64,000 bases of DNA from Squalus acanthias. Taxonomy: Eukaryota. This document shows positions 61,121 through 64,000 of this stretch, piece after piece. The number at the start of each line of letters is the position of its first letter. Position 1 is the stretch's first letter. The stretch spans positions 50,036,001 through 50,100,000 of the forward strand of contig CM059432.1 in assembly GCA_030390025.1 (NCBI GenBank), in the 5' to 3' direction. Below the pieces are notes generated by a model. That model had not been told where the DNA came from and did not search any database. It was given only the letters and a program-made list of their open reading frames with translations. The position numbers and the translations under genes were made by a program.

Positions 61121-62631
61121 TTACTTACTTAAAGGAATATAATTGATGATCATTTTCTTTTTTTAAACTTTTTGAAATGTAAATAGTTCATTTTTAAACA
61201 GTCATTTTCACATTTAAGACAGAAACCTAATTCAATAGGCCTTGTACACACCCACAGTTGCTAGACTACTCCAAATGGTCAAAACCCGTTTTAAAACTTT
61301 TTTTAAAATTGTAAACTTACCTCAGACTTAATTAAATAAACTTTGCTGCCTTTCAGATTTAAAAATGCTCACTTTAGTAGCCCCACTGCTGAAAGGTTTC
61401 TTCCTCCTGCTGGCTCCGAAGCTTTCCAAGATGGTTTACTCTTGCTTTTTACAAGTGTAATTGCTGCGAGCTTACACACACTCCAACCATTGATAAAAAA
61501 AGCCAAGTTCATTGCGCACACGCAGACTCTCCGGTGCACGCGATTCAACGAACATACCTTTACTTGAAGCCACCAGAAGTGCCAGTTTCCCGCGCATGCG
61601 CAGTGCATGCAGGAAACCGGCACTTCGGGAACGAATACGGGTGAGTACGCAGCGGGTACTCTCCCGTATTCGGCCGAATTTTTGGGCCAATATATATTTT
61701 TCTTAGGAGCAGTCAAAGGCATTTAGGCCCAACAAGCCCATGCTTTTTAATAGATTAACCTCATCTACCTCCTTATCATATTCCTCAATCCTGACTCACT
61801 GCAGAATTATATCTAATTGACTCTTAAACTCATTTGTACTGTCCATTTCAATGAAGTTGACTGGAGAAATGAGGGCTTTGACCCGTTAACGTGATAGAAA
61901 TTAAGCTCGATGGCTTTCAGACAAGTATGATGGTGTTTCTACCAGGAAAACATAATGCCAGGAAACAACCATGAACACATTCCTGAGGTAACCAGACAGA
62001 TTGCAAGGGGCTGAAATTTCACAGGGTTTCTGCCAATCTCCCACCATAACTCCAGCAGGAGACCTGTGGAACCCCCAGGGAAATGGCAGAGACCCTGTTT
62101 ACAGCAGGTCTCCATCAGTTACGGGACTTTCCTTGTTGCCTTGTAAGGGGTGGAACTTCCATGCACCCCTTACAAGACAAATGACGGGCAGGGGTGGGGC
62201 TGGAGATGGGGACTCCTTTCACCGGGCGTTTTACTCCTGATCCATAGTCAGGACTTGGCATTTCTGTGGCAGGTGGTATACCCAGTGAGAGGTGCTGGCT
62301 AGGCAAGAATCAAAAACAATTTTTGGGAGAAATTTTATCCAGATTGATGCCATTTGGTCTAATGTTAAAAAGGATATTTTAATCTCGGTGTGGATATGGT
62401 ATGCCACATAAGCACGGAATCATACAGGTCAATACCTGCTACCAAAGTTTTAATAATGTCTTTATTTTACACAATCATCTGTGCCAGCTTTATTCTAAGG
62501 GGAATGATGCATGAAAGAATTGCACTAGGGAAACCAATGTTGCCCTTTGCAGGTTTACCGTGGTCTATGATACCCGTGTGCTAACCATGGACAGAAGCAG
62601 AGCACAGATGCAATGAAACTCGATATACATT

Positions 62632-63395
62632 GGCCCAGAAATTCGCGTGTCCGGCTTGCCGCGGGGGTAAGGATCGCGCGCGCTCTTACCTACCGCGCCT
62701 GCCGTTGTGTTTTGGGCCCACGGGAACTTCGGGTCCTGGGCCTCTCCCAACTGCCGGCGCGCAGTGCTTGTGTGTTCCAGGGGCGTAGTTAGTGCGATGC
62801 GACCCCTGGGATCACGTGGGCCATGGAGAGCCAATGGCAGCAGACCATCTTTCATTCATAGATTTGACAGGAGACCTGTCAAATCTGTAAATTGAAATCG
62901 GCCCCAAAAGAACAGCTAAACTTAAAATAAATTTAAAAAAAAACCATCACATTTATAAAATAACTATAGTTAAATAAATTAACCACTTTAAACAAAAATT
63001 TAAATTTTTGAAAAAATTAAAATACTTTTTAAAAGTTATAAAAATAAACTTACCTTTCTTTAAAGTATCTAAAAAAGATAAACCTGTTGAAAAAAATTTA
63101 AAATTATACTTAATTAACCACTTACCTTGTTCAAAAGGGGTCGTACGCCTCCTTTTTATTAGCGTAGTATCTTCAATACTTACCCTCGCGTAGAAACCTG
63201 AAAAAAAATCTAAGTGTGCTGCGTGCGCGCGGCCTCTAGCGCGCACGCAGTTCACCTAGGAACTGCCCCCTTCACCATACCGGAAGTTCCGGTTTCCCGC
63301 GCATGCGCAGTGCATGCAGGAAACCGGCACTTCGGGAAGCAATACGGATGAGTACACACTGTGTACTCACGCGGGAAGGGCCGAATTTTTGGGCC
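62632..63395 (+). mobile_element. Harbinger family B MITE (764 bp)
   Basis: TIRs GGCCCAGAAATT / AATTTTTGGGCC; exact TSD ATT; both ends match 57095-61688. Confidence 0.95.
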
Positions 63396-63679
63396 ATTAT
63401 CAAATGTATCTTAAAGCAGCATTTTGTAATATGGATTGATTGGGACCAATCTTACATACAATCCTTCTCCCTCGCCGGGTCTTCCAGAATATTTGTCATT
63501 TACTGTTTGCTCTATTAGTTCACCCTCAAAGAGGCCTCAACATGCAAACTCATGACCAGAATGGCAAAGCCACAGTAGAGTGAGATGGGAAAAATGCCGA
63601 TGAGGAATTAGCAGTGCCACCAGCAATTCAGCAAGGAAGACCAGGCACTAATTCCAGACAGCTTCCAAGCAGTACCACA

Positions 63680-64000
63680 GCTATACATTTCATAATGGGA
63701 CAAAGCTTAACTGGACCAGCTAAATCAACATTGTTGCAATAAGAGCAGAGCAGAAGCTCAGAGGCTTATCTCCTGACCCCTCAAAGCCTCTCCACCATCA
63801 CGAGTGGGGAATGTGATAAAATACTCATCATTTGCCTGGATGGGTGCAGCCTCATCAACACACAAGAAGTTTGACACCATCTAGGACAGAGCAGTTCACG
63901 TGATTGGAGTCCCTACAATGATTCAATATCCACTGCACACCCCCCCCCCCCCCCACGCCCCACACTTCCCTCATCACTGGCACCCTATGGCCGCAGTATG
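63680..64000 (+). mobile_element. Decayed fragment of the second CR1-like family
   Basis: AAGCTTAACTGGACCAGC, TGCCTGGATGGGTGCAGC, GACACCATCTAGGACA match 34318-34600. Confidence 0.7.

Larger units (their letters stand above)
57095..61688 (-). mobile_element. Autonomous PIF/Harbinger transposon, family B (4594 bp)
   Basis: TIRs GGCCCAGAAATT / AATTTTTGGGCC; exact TSD AAT; convergent Myb gene (+) and transposase (-). Confidence 0.97.

Overview
Eukaryotic, repeat-dense DNA; I found no confident host gene. The repeat inventory (CR1 LINEs with (ACTCTATG)n-type tails, Deu-domain tRNA SINEs, L2, RTE, Penelope-like elements) suggests a vertebrate, probably a cartilaginous fish (inference). The window is a PIF/Harbinger hotspot. 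It holds two apparently intact autonomous two-gene elements from different families: 10146-14364 (TSD TAA) and 57095-61688 (TSD AAT). Each has an unbroken DDE transposase ORF and a convergent three-coding-exon Myb/SANT gene, and each has ~750-bp MITE relatives nearby. A third family occurs as deletion derivatives that lost the transposase core. Other highlights: a head-to-head Penelope-like insertion with minimal hammerhead-ribozyme motifs, nested in a ~1.6-kb solo LTR that itself splits a SINE; two copies of an ORF1-less CR1-like LINE starting with a tRNA-SINE-like head; a decayed R2-like RT with no rDNA around it; and a ~250-bp spacerless palindrome inside a CR1. All family names come from motif recognition, not database searches.
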